Positions 20,161 to 31,901 of a stretch of 34,337 nt of DNA are shown here, piece after piece. Numbering within the stretch: position 1 is the first letter of the stretch; each line of letters starts with the position of its first letter. The translations under genes and the position numbers were made by a program. Source of the stretch: Octopus sinensis (Eukaryota); contig NW_021832020.1 of NCBI RefSeq assembly GCF_006345805.1, positions 1 to 34,337 of the forward strand. Direction: 5' to 3'. Below the pieces are notes generated by a model. That model was not told the origin of the DNA. It made no database searches and was given only the letters and a program-made list of their open reading frames with translations.

Positions 20161-20664
20161 TGTCCCTTCTATGTTTAGCCCCTTGTGGGTAGTAAAGAAA
20201 TAGGTATTTCGTCTGCCGCTACGTTCTGAGTTCAAATTCCGCCGAGGTCGACTTTGCCTTTCATCCTTTCGGGGTCGATTAAATAAGTACCAGTTATGCA
20301 CTGGGGTAAATGTAATCGACTTAATCCGTTTGTCTGTCCTTGTTTGTCCCTTTTGTGATTAGCCCCTTGTGGGTAGAAAAGAAATAGGTATTTCGTCTGC
20401 CGCTACGTTCTGAGTTCAAATTCCGCCGAGGTCGACTTTGCCTTTCATCCTTTCAGGGTCAATTAAATAAGTACCAGTTACGCACTGGGGTCGATGTAAT
20501 CGACTTAATCCGTTTGTCTGTCCTTGTTTGTCCACTCTATGTTTAGCCCCTTGTGGGTAGTAAAGAAATAGGTATTTCGTCTGCCGCTACGTTCTGAGTT
20601 CAAATTCCGCCGAGGTTGACTTTGCCTTTCATCCTTTCGGGGTCGATTAAATAAGTACCAGTTT
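20161..20664 (+). repeat. Headless SINE-C tandem array (184-bp period)
   Basis: AAGAAATA|GGTATTTCGTCTG junctions at 20203, 20387, 20571. Confidence 0.92.
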
Positions 20665-21189
20665 AAGGACACTGAAAATTATGAAAGGCGAAGTTGGCCA
20701 CGGTGAGATTTCAAGCTCAGAGTGTAAACAGCCGGAGGAAAGGCTGGTGAGCATTTTGTTCGGTGCGCTAGCGATCCAGCCAGTGTATCAGTGTAAGAAA
20801 CTCATACGTGGAAACTACTTTGCTGTCGTCATCATCAGTGTTGTTGTCATTGTTTAAACTGAAGTCAATCCTGCTCGATTGAGGGACTCTCACGGCCGTT
20901 TCCACATATGAATGTCCAGGTGTTGGATCATTTGAATGACCAAGAGCATCCAGTTACAGGACGCTATAACATTTCGTTAGGGTGTCGAAAAACTGTATTC
21001 CTGGATTTGTTCCAACGCTTTGCGTTATGATTTCAAACCTCGCCGAGGTCTACTTTGCTTTTATCCGTTCGGAGTTGATAAAATAAAGCACCTACGAAGT
21101 CTCTAGTATTGACTCCGTCTCCTAAAAAGCTGCTGTGCTTGCACCTAAATTAAAAAACCAAAGCCGGCGATCAGTCAGTAACGTTATCA

Positions 21190-21450
21190 CTCCGGGGTCA
21201 ATTAAATAAGTACCAGTTACGCACTGGGGTAAATGTAATCGACTTAATCTGTTTGTCTGTCCTTGTTTGTCCACTCTATGTTTAGCCCCTTGTGGGTAGT
21301 AAAGAAATAGGTATTTCGTCGGCCGCTACGTTCTGAGTTCAAATTCCGCCGAGATTTCAAGCTCAGAGTGTAAACAGCCGGAGGAAAGGCTGGTGAGCAT
21401 TTTGTTCGGTGTGCTAGCGATCCAGCCAGTGTATCAGTGTAAGAAACTAA
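21190..21450 (+). repeat. Composite local duplicate: SINE-C array segment joined to a copy of 20706-20805
   Basis: 21351-21449 matches 20706-20804 with one mismatch; join at GAG microhomology. Confidence 0.85.
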
Positions 21451-22059
21451 TATTATTCGAAGTCGAAATAGAAATCAGCGTGCGGCGCCTTCGCACATCA
21501 GTCCTCACTCGCAAGTACACATCCAAACCGGCCCTAATCAAACAGATCTATAATCACAGAACATACAGTTGTAACCACTATGACTTTATATATGCCTCAT
21601 GTACGTTGACCAACATTGATAACATTATTCAATTTGTCTATTTTTAAGGTGGTACAGACCTTTGTTCCAAGGATATTCTAGTTGTGATCATCATAACTGT
21701 TTAAATAAATAGCGTTCTTTCGATAATAGAATCCAATCCGTCCTTTAAAAGACGGCAGGGCTCAGTTTAAATTCCGGTGCTATTTCTAGCATATAAATTT
21801 ACCACGTGGAAATACCTTTGTTGGTTCATTGTCTCTATGAGGCTGTTCGAACTGGTAGTAATAGCAGCTAAATCTTTCTTTTAATCATATTCAGATGTCT
21901 TAAATGAAACGAATTTAAAAGAACGACTTATTGCATAGTGTAGTCTCAAATACCCTATTTCTGAGTTCAATATAGTTGGTCGCGGCTGGAAAACCTTAAC
22001 TCTATGGAATAGTTTGTGTTTGTATTTATTTTTTTTTTTTGTGAGAAATGTATTCCGCT

Positions 22060-22640
22060 GCTTCTATGCGATTGACCGCGTCACCGCTCACCAAACATCT
22101 TTACATACATATACAGACTGAGTTCCCTTCTCTCTCACTTTTCACCTGTCCGTCCTTCCTTCAAAACTCAAATTCATCTCCAGTTCCCGACTCCTTCTTT
22201 CTGATCCCACAACCCCTCATTCCATCTTACCAGCACCATTTCATCTAACCTCACCTTAAAAAATGATTGGGACCTCAGCGACCACCTAGTTAAAAGCTCC
22301 ATAGCATCTAGCCATACACAAACAGTGACTTTTAAGTGCTCTTCGCTTCTCCTATATTAACAACCGTACAAAAATTGCCAAGCCTAAGTTGGGACCCCAC
22401 ATTGCGCAAGACTTCTGTTGCACGTCTACCTAACCAGACATATCTGTAAACATCGCAGAGCAGTTTACATTGGGCAAACAGGCCGTCACCTTGTCTGTCA
22501 TTTTCCTAAGCATATTCGAATCACAACGCTACTTATGCAAGGTCAACCTATCATCACCCACTTCAAAACAATAGGCTAGTCCATTACATAGTGACCAGCG
22601 CGCGGCGCCCTCGCACATCAACAATCCTCACACGCAAATA
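22060..22640 (-). mobile_element. Possible heavily decayed L1/Tx1-like fragment
   Basis: GC-richer block with broken coding-like minus frames (KVTVCVWLDAMELLTRWSLRSQSFFKVRL); its ~50-bp end recurs at ~21476-21530. Weak resemblance only. Confidence 0.25.
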
Positions 22641-23249
22641 CACAAAATGAACAATGTTTCATATTCAAACTTGCAGCTATGGTACCGACTGGTTTAAATA
22701 AAAGTTATTGCTTTCTAATCCTACACTTCGTCTTAGCGCAGTGATTCAAAAATGTTTCTTCAGTTCCCCCTCACCTCCATTTGCCGCTAACTCCCACATC
22801 AACTTCTCTTTTCATTTCTCTTTTCTCTCCCTCCCTCTCACTCTTGTTCTGCCCCTTTTTTCTTATTTCTTTCTGTCTATGTATTAAACTGCGTTGACAC
22901 GTTCCCCAGTAGCTGCAGCCATAGAGAAAGTAAAAACTTCAATCTCTTTCTTTTATTCACCTACCATCATCTATATCGCGAAGAAAAGACTCTTATATAT
23001 AAGTGTGTGTGTGTGTGTGTCTGTGTATGTATGTATTTGTATGTATGTATATGGATTCATATATACATATATTTATATATTTATAGTTATCGCCATACTA
23101 ATATGGCAGTCTTATAAATATAAGACTAAAGCTGTCGCTGATTAGCTCCAAGAGGCCACCGCCTCAAGCTAGCTATTTGACACACAACCTGCGTCCATTA
23201 CAAACTTTCGAACAAGGGAGGTCAGCCGCTTCATCCTGCCAGTCAGACA

Positions 23250-23292
23250 GCTACAGACATGTTTCAGGGTTGTTGCCCCTTATCAATGCAGC
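23250..23292 (-). ncRNA. Decayed minimal hammerhead
   Basis: Minus: GCTGCA-TTGATAA-GGGGCAACAACCCT-GAAA-CATGTC-TGTAGC. Helices retained; core has 2 substitutions versus CUGAUGA. Confidence 0.5.
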
Positions 23293-23949
23293 GTAGTCAG
23301 ACTTGCAGGTGTCGCTACTGATCGTCCCAGTTCGAAGGCTTTATTTACCTAGTTTCAGTGGAATACATCCACTCGTTTTCAATAATAGAAATATTAAAAT
23401 TACTATTAATTTCCAGTAACGCTGCCGTAATCTCCTTTAGAGAGACTTAGTAATTTTAATATTTCTATTATATATTTATATTTTATATATAGGTATATGC
23501 ATTCATATATACATACATATATATGTTTATATATATGTATATGCATAGATATATACATATACATATATCTACATACATATAACTCCACACATACGTCCAC
23601 ACGTCCATACACAAACACACACACATTCACAGCCAGAACATGAAACACAAATCAAAGTACGCACTGGGTTACATATACACATACACACACGTCCACAGAA
23701 TTTTCAGCTCGCTCACAAATACATTCTCACACACTCATCACCATTCACATATACACACTCACACACGCCGTTCTCATTTACACACACGCATTTGCGCACC
23801 TTAGTTCGTTGGGGGGGGGGGTCACCACTATTATTATTATCTCTTTCATTCAGCCTCTTTTTCCTGCCATTTCATCATATTGAACCGTTATTTTTCTCTA
23901 AGCTTTTTTTTTATTCTTTCTCCGTTTTTTTTTTTGCATACTCTTAATC

Positions 23950-23985
23950 CTTTCTGTTAAAGAGCGTACGCTCGAAACGTAAAAG
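23950..23985 (+). ncRNA. Hammerhead-like motif with deviant core
   Basis: CTTT-CTGTTAAA-GAGCGTACGCTC-GAAA-CGTA-AAAG; the first core strand is non-canonical. Confidence 0.3.
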
Positions 23986-24059
23986 ACTGCCATCCTTTCG
24001 AATGTTAAACTAATACATCTGCTTGTTGTTCCTACACCTTTATTTTTTTCTGTAAATTT

Positions 24060-24096
<37 letters not shown>

Positions 24097-24147
24097 TTAT
24101 ATACAGAAATATATATTTGTATATATGCACACACATGTATATATATA

Positions 24148-24189
<42 letters not shown>

Positions 24190-24234
24190 GGATTATTATT
24201 ATATATATATTATATATATATATTATATATATAT

Positions 24235-24288
<54 letters not shown>

Positions 24289-24313
24289 ATTAGAAAGGAT
24301 TATTATTATTATT

Positions 24314-24709
24314 GTTTTTTTTTCTTCTTCTTTCAAATTTGCTTCCATTTCTTGCCGAGCGTCTTCCCGACTCCAAGGGCAAAGAAACTCATAGTATACA
24401 TTGGTAGGCCATTAAACCAAACTCAATAGTTCGTTCATTTTTTTTTTATAGTAATAAAGTTAAATTAAAATACATGGGTAGTAATAGTTCTCACATCGAC
24501 AATGCTCTTCTCAATACGTGTGATGTACCAGTTAAGACAATCTTTTGCACTTCTTGCAGGGATGGGAAGCCAGGGATCATTCTCATATAATTTTCGGTTC
24601 CCTTCTTGATCATTCCTAGTGCTCCTACGGTCACTGGTATTGTAACCGCCTTGAGATGCCACATTTTCTCAATTTCAATGAGTGAGCTTGTCAAACTCTT
24701 TCGCCGAGA

Positions 24710-24710
<1 letters not shown>
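24314..24710 (-). mobile_element. 5'-truncated R4/Dong-type LINE (restriction-like endonuclease C-terminus plus 3' UTR)
   Basis: LIEIEKMWHLKAVTIPVTVGALGMIKKG...IPGFPSLQEVQKIVLTGTSHVLRRALSM*; (TAA)n repeats on both sides. Confidence 0.8.
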
Positions 24711-24767
<57 letters not shown>

Positions 24768-24825
24768 TCGGTTTGCATTTCGGACATAATAATAGCCCGT
24801 CCCCATTACTTTCTGTCTTATTCTT

Positions 24826-25033
24826 TTTACTTGTTTCAGTCATTGGACTGCGCCCATGCTGGGGCAACACCTTCAAAATTTTCAGGTGAATGAATCAAGC
24901 CCGGTACATTTTTGTTATTGCTTTAAACCTGGTACTTATTCGATCTGTCTCTTTTGCTGAACCGCTAAGTTACGAGCCCGTAGACACGCTAACACCGATT
25001 GTAAAGCGGTGGTGGAGGAAATCACAGACACAA

Positions 25034-25064
<31 letters not shown>

Positions 25065-25137
25065 TAGAGAGATAGAGAGAGAGAAATAGAGAGAGGAAAA
25101 TAGAGAGAATGAGAGAGAGAAAGAGAGAGAGGAAAAT

Positions 25138-25173
<36 letters not shown>

Positions 25174-25381
25174 GAAAATAGAGAGAAAGAGAGAGGAAAG
25201 TAGAGAGAAAGAGAGATACGATGGGATTCTTTCAGTTTCCGTCTACCAAATCCCCTCACAAAGCTTTGGTCGTCCCAAAGCCATATTACAAGACCCTTGT
25301 CCAAAATTCCACACGGTGTGACTGACCCTGGAACCCTTTGGTTGGGAAGCCGGCTTCTTACCACACAGCCACGCATGCGCC
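24826..25381 (-). mobile_element. Older SINE-B with expanded internal (GA)-type tract
   Basis: Diverged head at 25230-25381 and tail at 24826-25030; GA-rich tract 25033-25216 replaces the usual CA/TA tract. Confidence 0.75.
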
Positions 25382-25505
25382 ATTATGCCATGTTTTCTAG
25401 CTCCTTCGAACATTTTTATGGAATGCCAGGCGAGTAGAAGGGATGTTTTGAAGGGTCAAAGACTGTCACCGTAGCATCCTAGCGTTACCGATTATGAAAG
25501 AGTGA

Positions 25506-25731
25506 CATGGCCGGCCCCTTGAAATACAGGTACAACAGAAACAGGAAGTAAGAGTGAGAGAAAGTTGTGGTGAAAGAGTACAGCAGGGATCACCACCATC
25601 CCCTACAGGAGCCTCGTGGAGCTTTTAGGTGTTTTTGCTCAATAAACACTCTCAACGCCCGGTCTAGGAATCGAAACCGTGATCCTATGACCGCGAGTCC
25701 GCTGTCCTAACCACTGGGCCATTGCACCTCC
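25506..25731 (-). mobile_element. SINE-A with intact head but no 3' tail
   Basis: Flanked by 20-bp direct repeat TACCGATTATGAAAGAGTGA at 25486-25505 and 25732-25751. Confidence 0.88.
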
Positions 25732-25872
25732 TACCGATTATGAAAGAGTGAACGAAAGAGAAAGAAACATATGTAAGAAGAATCGATTCAATATTTTATT
25801 TTCCGACTCCAGATACATGAAACGTATAATTCAACTCGGTGAGATTTGAACGCAGAACGCAATTATTAGGAA

Positions 25873-26253
25873 CTAGCAGTATCGCCCGGCGTTGCTCGGG
25901 TTTGTAAGGGAAATAACTATATAAGCATTTTTAGAGATGTAAAGTATAATAGCCATCTCAATATGGCTAACCACAAAGGGGGGTGTTACTGTAGCTTTTT
26001 ACGTTCTGAGATTTAATAATACATTTTTAGAGAGTTACTTCCCTTATATAATAGCAAAAAAATGCATTAAAAATGGAAGAAAATGATGGTAAATATTTTT
26101 TTTAAATCGTAGACTCATCGTAGACGCGCGCTAATACCCAGAAGGGCTCGATATGAATCACGACTATAAGATACCCGGAGTATCTTATGTGGGAGTAGTT
26201 AGGAATCTAAATCGTAGGAGACAGACACACAACTTGACTTTTATATATAAAGA
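25873..26253 (-). mobile_element. Non-autonomous Helitron, second subfamily
   Basis: TC start at 26253; hairpin 25885-25900; CTAG end; A|T insertion site; interior unlike 782-1146. Confidence 0.8.
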
Positions 26254-26568
26254 TAATTACCAAATGGCCTTTGCTCTACGCTTTAACCATTCTGCAAACG
26301 TATTAACCATTCTCCAAACGTATTAACCATTCTGCCTTGCGTTGTTTTGTTACGTTTTATTTTTTCATGCTCTGAGTTCAAATCCAGTTCGAGTGAACGT
26401 TCGTCTTTCATCCCTCGTGGGGAAGGTTTATTCGTCGTCGTGGCACTTCCGGATCACGCCGGCTCCCTGTGCATTATGGGAATTCTCAATGGTTTTCCAG
26501 AAAACAACGAATCAATGCTGAAATATGATAAATTTTATTCATTCGGAAGTTGACATTTTACAATATAT

Positions 26569-27142
26569 GGATGGGAAGCACTCCGTCGGTTACGACGATG
26601 AGGGTTCCAGTTGATCCGATCAACGGAACACACCCTGTTCGTGATATTACCGTGCAAGTGGCTGAGCACTCCACAGACACGTGCACTCTTAACGTAGTTC
26701 TCGGGGGACATTCAGCGTGACACAGAGTGTGACAAGGCTGGCCCCTTTGAAATACAGGTACAACTGAAACAGGAAGTAAGAGTGAGAGAAAGTTGTGGTG
26801 AAAGAGTACAGCAGGGATCACCACCATCCCCTGCCGGAGCCTCGTGGAGCTTTTAGGTGTTTTCGCTCAATAAACACTCACGGAACACCCTGCTCGTGAA
26901 ATTACCGTGCAAGTGGCTGAGCACACTCCATAGACACGTGTACCCTTAACGTAGGTCACGGGGGACATTCAGCGTGACACAGAGTGTGACAAGGCTGGCC
27001 CCTTTGAAATACATGTACAGCATAAACAGGAAGAAAGAGTGAGAGAAAGTTGAATACAGCAGGGTTTGCAACCACGTCCCTGCTGGAGCTTTGTGGAGCT
27101 TTAGGTGTTTTCGCTCAATAAATACTGGGCCATTGCGCCTCA
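26569..27142 (-). mobile_element. Two partial SINE-A copies head-to-tail
   Basis: 26569-26880 lacks the head; 26881-27142 lacks the tail and has internal deletions. Confidence 0.85.
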
Positions 27143-27529
27143 ACTGAAGGTTTTTTTCTTTTTAATTAACACTTATCATATATATGAGGGCCCAGTTTAT
27201 CGGGCTATAAGCACTACTCCACCACTCCACCCGAAAATTGTGATTTTTGGCCTTTAACAAGAACCAAATATATTTTCTGTCATGCTATTCACCGTTAAAT
27301 ATTTTTAATATATTTTTTTTGTTGTTGTAGATATTGCTGTTGTTGTTGCTAATGCCGTGTTTTTAAAATTTTTTGTTGTTTTTTTTTTGCTGTTTTAGCT
27401 GTTGTTATTGTTGATTGTTGTTGACAATTGTTAAAATTATAATCCGTGAATAAAATCTTTAATCCCTTTATAGTCGGAGTCAATGAGTTCTTTTTAAAAT
27501 TTTTTTTTACTTCCTGTTACGTACAACAT

Positions 27530-27912
27530 TTGGAAACACTCCGTCGGTTACGACGATGAGGGTTCCGGTTGATCCGAATCAACGGAACAGCCTGTTCGTG
27601 AAATTAACGTGTAAGTGGCTGAGCACTCCACAGACACGTGTACCCTTAACGTACTTCTCGGGGATATTCAGCGTGACACAGAGAGTGACAAGGCCGGCCC
27701 CTTGAAATACAGGTACGACAGAAACAGGAAGTAAGAGTGAGAGAAAGTTGTGGTGAAAGAGTACAGCAGGGATCACCACCATCGCTGCCGGAGCTTCGTG
27801 GAGCTTTAAGTGTTTTCGCTCAATAAATACTCACAACGCCCGGTCTGGGAATCGAAACCGCGATCCTATGACCGCGAGTCCGCTGCCCTAACCACTGGGC
27901 CATTGCGCCTCC
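27530..27912 (-). mobile_element. SINE-A, tail type 1
   Basis: TSD ACGTACAACAT at 27519-27529 and 27913-27923. Confidence 0.93.
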
Positions 27913-28126
27913 ACGTACAACATAATGGAAATGTTAATCGACACTATTCGGGTTTTACTCCCGTCTTTTACATGTATCAATCATTTCACCCCCACCGTGA
28001 AGGGGAAACGCTTTGAATCGACCCCAGGACACTGCTGAGAGACGGGGGTCATAATCACACCAACACCGGTTTTTAAGCAGCCACAAAGACACACACACAC
28101 ACACACGCACTTAAATATATATATAT

Positions 28127-28712
28127 ACTCTTTTACTCTCTTTTACTTGTTTCAGTCACTTGAATGCGGGCCATGCTGGAGCACCGCCTTTAGTCGAGCA
28201 AATCGACCCCGGGACTTATTCTTTGTAAGCCCAGTACTTATTCTATCGGTCTCTTTTGCCGAACCGCTAAGTGACGGGGACGTAAACACACCAGCATCGG
28301 TTGTCAAGCAATGCTAGGGGAACAAACACAGACACACAAACACATACACACACACATATATATATATATACATATATACGACAGGCTTCTTTCAGTTTCC
28401 GTCAACCAAATCCACTCACAAGACATTGGTCGGCCCGAGGCTATAGCAGAAGATACTTGCCCAAGATGCCACGCAGTGGGACTGAACCCGGAACCATGTG
28501 GTTGGTTAGAAAGCTACTTACCACACAGCCACTCCTACGCCTATATATATACATACGACGGGCTTCTTTCACTTTCTGTTAACCAATTCTATTCACAAGG
28601 CTTTAGTAGGCTTTAATAGAAGTAACTTAGCAAAGGTGCAATGCAGTGGGATTGAACCCGGAACCATGTAGTTTGGAAGCAGGCTTCTTACGACAGAGTC
28701 ACGCTTGCGCCT
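28127..28712 (-). mobile_element. Young full-length SINE-B (28127-28542) adjoining an older SINE-B 5' half (28551-28712)
   Basis: Match to SINE-B consensus; second copy diverged. Confidence 0.88.
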
Positions 28713-28794
28713 ATAGCGACACCTGCGTTAAAGTAGTTATGAGACAAATATCCCTGCCTATCATTGGAACGCCCCTTACAGGTAGGTTCCTTTA

Positions 28795-28800
28795 AATGCC

Positions 28801-28839
<39 letters not shown>

Positions 28840-29200
28840 CTATATATATATATATATATATATAATGATAAATCTCAGAGCGAGTTATTTACGTCACGAT
28901 ATATATATATGATATATATATATATATGTCATATAATAATTTATGTGAATATATATATTATATTTATGTATATATATATATATATACTATATATATCTGG
29001 TGTGTATGTATACTATATGTATATATGTATATATTATATGTATATACACCCACATGCATACACACTCACACATACATTTATATATCTTTGTGTATATATA
29101 TATATATAATATATTAACATAAATAATAGATAAATATATGCATATATACATAAATATATGTACATATCTACATCTATATGTATATATACATGCATATATG
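28795..29200. repeat. Degenerate (TA)/(CA) low-complexity tract
   Basis: Directly visible. Confidence 0.9.
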
Positions 29201-29281
29201 GGTTACAGGACATCAAAAAAACGTTGAACATAATGAGAAACGAAAACATAAAAACAAAAACATTGAAACGAAATTTTTATT

Positions 29282-29492
29282 AAACAACGAAAAAACAGAG
29301 TACAAGACATGCAACACAAGGAATATTCCCCTCCAAAAAATCCCAAATTTTATTTGCTTTGCGGGAAGGACTGTTTCAACGGAGTCGCGTCTTGTCCTTA
29401 CCTTCAAAACGCGGAGGTGACAAAACAGGGACAAATGAAGAAGGGGAATATTCCTTGTGTTGTATGCCTTGTACTCTGTTTTTTCGTTGTTT
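29282..29492. repeat. 51-bp inverted repeat with ~110-bp spacer
   Basis: Arms 29282-29332 and 29442-29492 differ at 2 positions. Confidence 0.88.
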
Positions 29493-29919
29493 GAAAAGAA
29501 AATTATAATACAAACTTATGTTGTATTATAATTATATCAGGTTGTTACGTTGTAAAATTGTAACCTTGTAAACTTATGGAGTTAATTATAGTTCAAAATG
29601 GGAGTTATTCTGGCTAATGTGCGGAAGATGGGATAAACATGTAGTGTTTAGATATATTTTAATCCACCAAGATGTACAAGTACTGGTAGGTATATGTATC
29701 CAGGCACACGGATAGATTCCTAATGAGTGTTTAAAATAAATGCATAGGGATTTATGCTAAGAAGAATATGGAATATGGAGTAGCATCCCAAGGATGAACT
29801 AGTGTAATTGAATATTTATATCTATGTATACATACACATACACACATACACGCGCGCACGCACACACATATATACATATACATATATACATACACACACA
29901 TATACACTAGTATATATCA

Positions 29920-30305
29920 GGAGGCGCAATGGCCCAGTGGTTAGGGCAGCGGACTCGCGGTCATAGGATCGCGGCTTCGATTCCCAGATCGGGCGTTGTG
30001 AGTGTTTATTGAGCGAAAACACCTAAAGCTCCACGAGGCTCCGGCAGGGGATGGTGGTGATCCCCGCTGTACTCTTTCACCACAACTTTCTCTCACTCTT
30101 ACTTCCTGTTTCTGTTGTACCTGTATTTCAAGGGGCCGGCCTTGTCACTCTCTGTGTCACGCCGAATATCCCCGAGAACTACGTTAAGGGTACACGTGTC
30201 TGTGGAGTGCTCAGCCACTTACACGTTAATTTCACGAGCAGGCTGTTCCGTTGATTCGGATCAACCGGAACTCTCGTCGTCGTAACCGACGGAGTGCTTC
30301 CACAC
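29920..30305 (+). mobile_element. SINE-A, tail type 1
   Basis: TSD AGTATATATCA at 29909-29919 and 30306-30316. Confidence 0.93.
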
Positions 30306-30537
30306 AGTATATATCAAATGATTTTCAATGCAAAATATCATAGACGATATTAAGAATAAGTAGAATTGTAGCAAAATACCAAATTGAGCATGCGCTCTCA
30401 AAATACATAAGATACTTCCGGATCACGCCGGTTCCCTGTGCATTATGGGAATTCTCAATGGTTTTCCAGAAAACAACGAATCAATGCTGAAATATAATAA
30501 ATTTTATTCATTCGGAAGTTGACATTTTACAATATAT

Positions 30538-30918
30538 GGATGGGAAGCACTCCGTCGGTTACGACGATGAGGGTTCCGGTTGATCCGAATCAACGGAACA
30601 GCCTGCTCGTGAAATTAACGTGTAAGTGGCTGAGCACTCCACAGACACGTGCACCCTTAACGTAGTTCTCGGCGATATTCAGCGTGACACAGAGAGTGAC
30701 AAGGCCGGCCCCTTTGAAATACAGGTACAACAGAAACAGGAAGAAAGAGTGAGAGAAAGTTGTGGTGAAAGAGTACAGCAGGGATCACCACCACCCCCTG
30801 CCGGAGCCTCGTGGAGATTTTTAGGTGTGTTTCGCTCCACTCACGCGCCGGTCTGGGAATCGAAACCGCGATCCTATGACGCGAGTCCGCTGCCCTAACC
30901 ACGGCCCATTGCGCCTCC
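30538..30918 (-). mobile_element. SINE-A, tail type 1
   Basis: TSD TACAATATAT at 30528-30537 and 30921-30930; its 124-bp flank is duplicated at 26445-26568. Confidence 0.9.
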
Positions 30919-31295
30919 TGTACAATATATAACACTTTGATAATTAAATGGTATTTTTTAAAGTTGCTTAGATCGTAGGTTATTCGTATATAGATAACTT
31001 TGAACCTTTTTAGCTTCAGAATCTTCTTCTACCGAGCAGCGTCTGTTAAACGCCAACCCACCATGTTTGGCAAAAAGTAATCAAATAAACTTGCTGCCAT
31101 TTTAATCAATCAAGAACTGATTTTAATGATTTTACTCATTCGTTTCTCATTAGTCGTATTTTCTGCTCTCTGATTATACAAGGTCATAATCATATTCTAA
31201 ATCCGAGGAAGATTTCATTTTCAATATGTTTAGGCTAGTCCATATCACTCCGTAAGAAGCATAAGACCGTTTTCCAGGTTTCTCTGGCGTATATA

Positions 31296-31718
31296 TATTT
31301 CTTTACTACCCACAAGGGGCTAAACATAGAGGGGACGAAAAAGGACAGACAAAGGGATTAAGTCGATTACATCAACCCCAGTGCGTAACTGGTACTTAAT
31401 TTATCGACCCCGAGAGGATGAAAGGCAAAGTCGACCTCGGCGGAATTTGAACTCAGAACGTAACGACAGACGAAATGTCTATTTCTATTTCTTTACCACC
31501 CATAAAGGGCTACACACAGGGGGGGACAAACAAGGACAGAGAAACGGATTAAGTCGATTACATCGACCCCAGTGCGTAACTGGTACTTATTTAATCGACC
31601 CCGAAAGGATGAAAGGCAAAGTCAACCTCGGCGGAATTTGAACTCAGAACGTAGCGGCAGACGAAATACCGCTAGGCTTTTCACCCAGCGCGCTAACGTT
31701 TCTGCCAGCTCGCCGCCT
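31296..31718 (-). mobile_element. SINE-C dimer (head-body-body)
   Basis: A single 17-bp TSD TTTCTCTGGCGTATATA at 31279-31295 and 31719-31735 encloses both units. Confidence 0.9.
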
Positions 31719-31901
31719 TTTCTCTGGCGTATATAACCCTCCCTGTATATCGCAGGTTCGCTTAATTTTAAAATATAATATTGTACCTGAAATATTATGA
31801 CCCTTCTAACCACCCAGCACTGTAAATATTTACCTCCTCTTGTGAGCACACAACGCCAATAAGCAGATACAACCGTCCAGTGGAGAACAACTGTCTTAGA
31901 G

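Noticed and set aside
20826-20840. Other CTGANGA heptamers (minus 20834-20840; also 2635, 2261, ~4585, ~12635)
   Set aside because: No helix II followed by GAAA in register.
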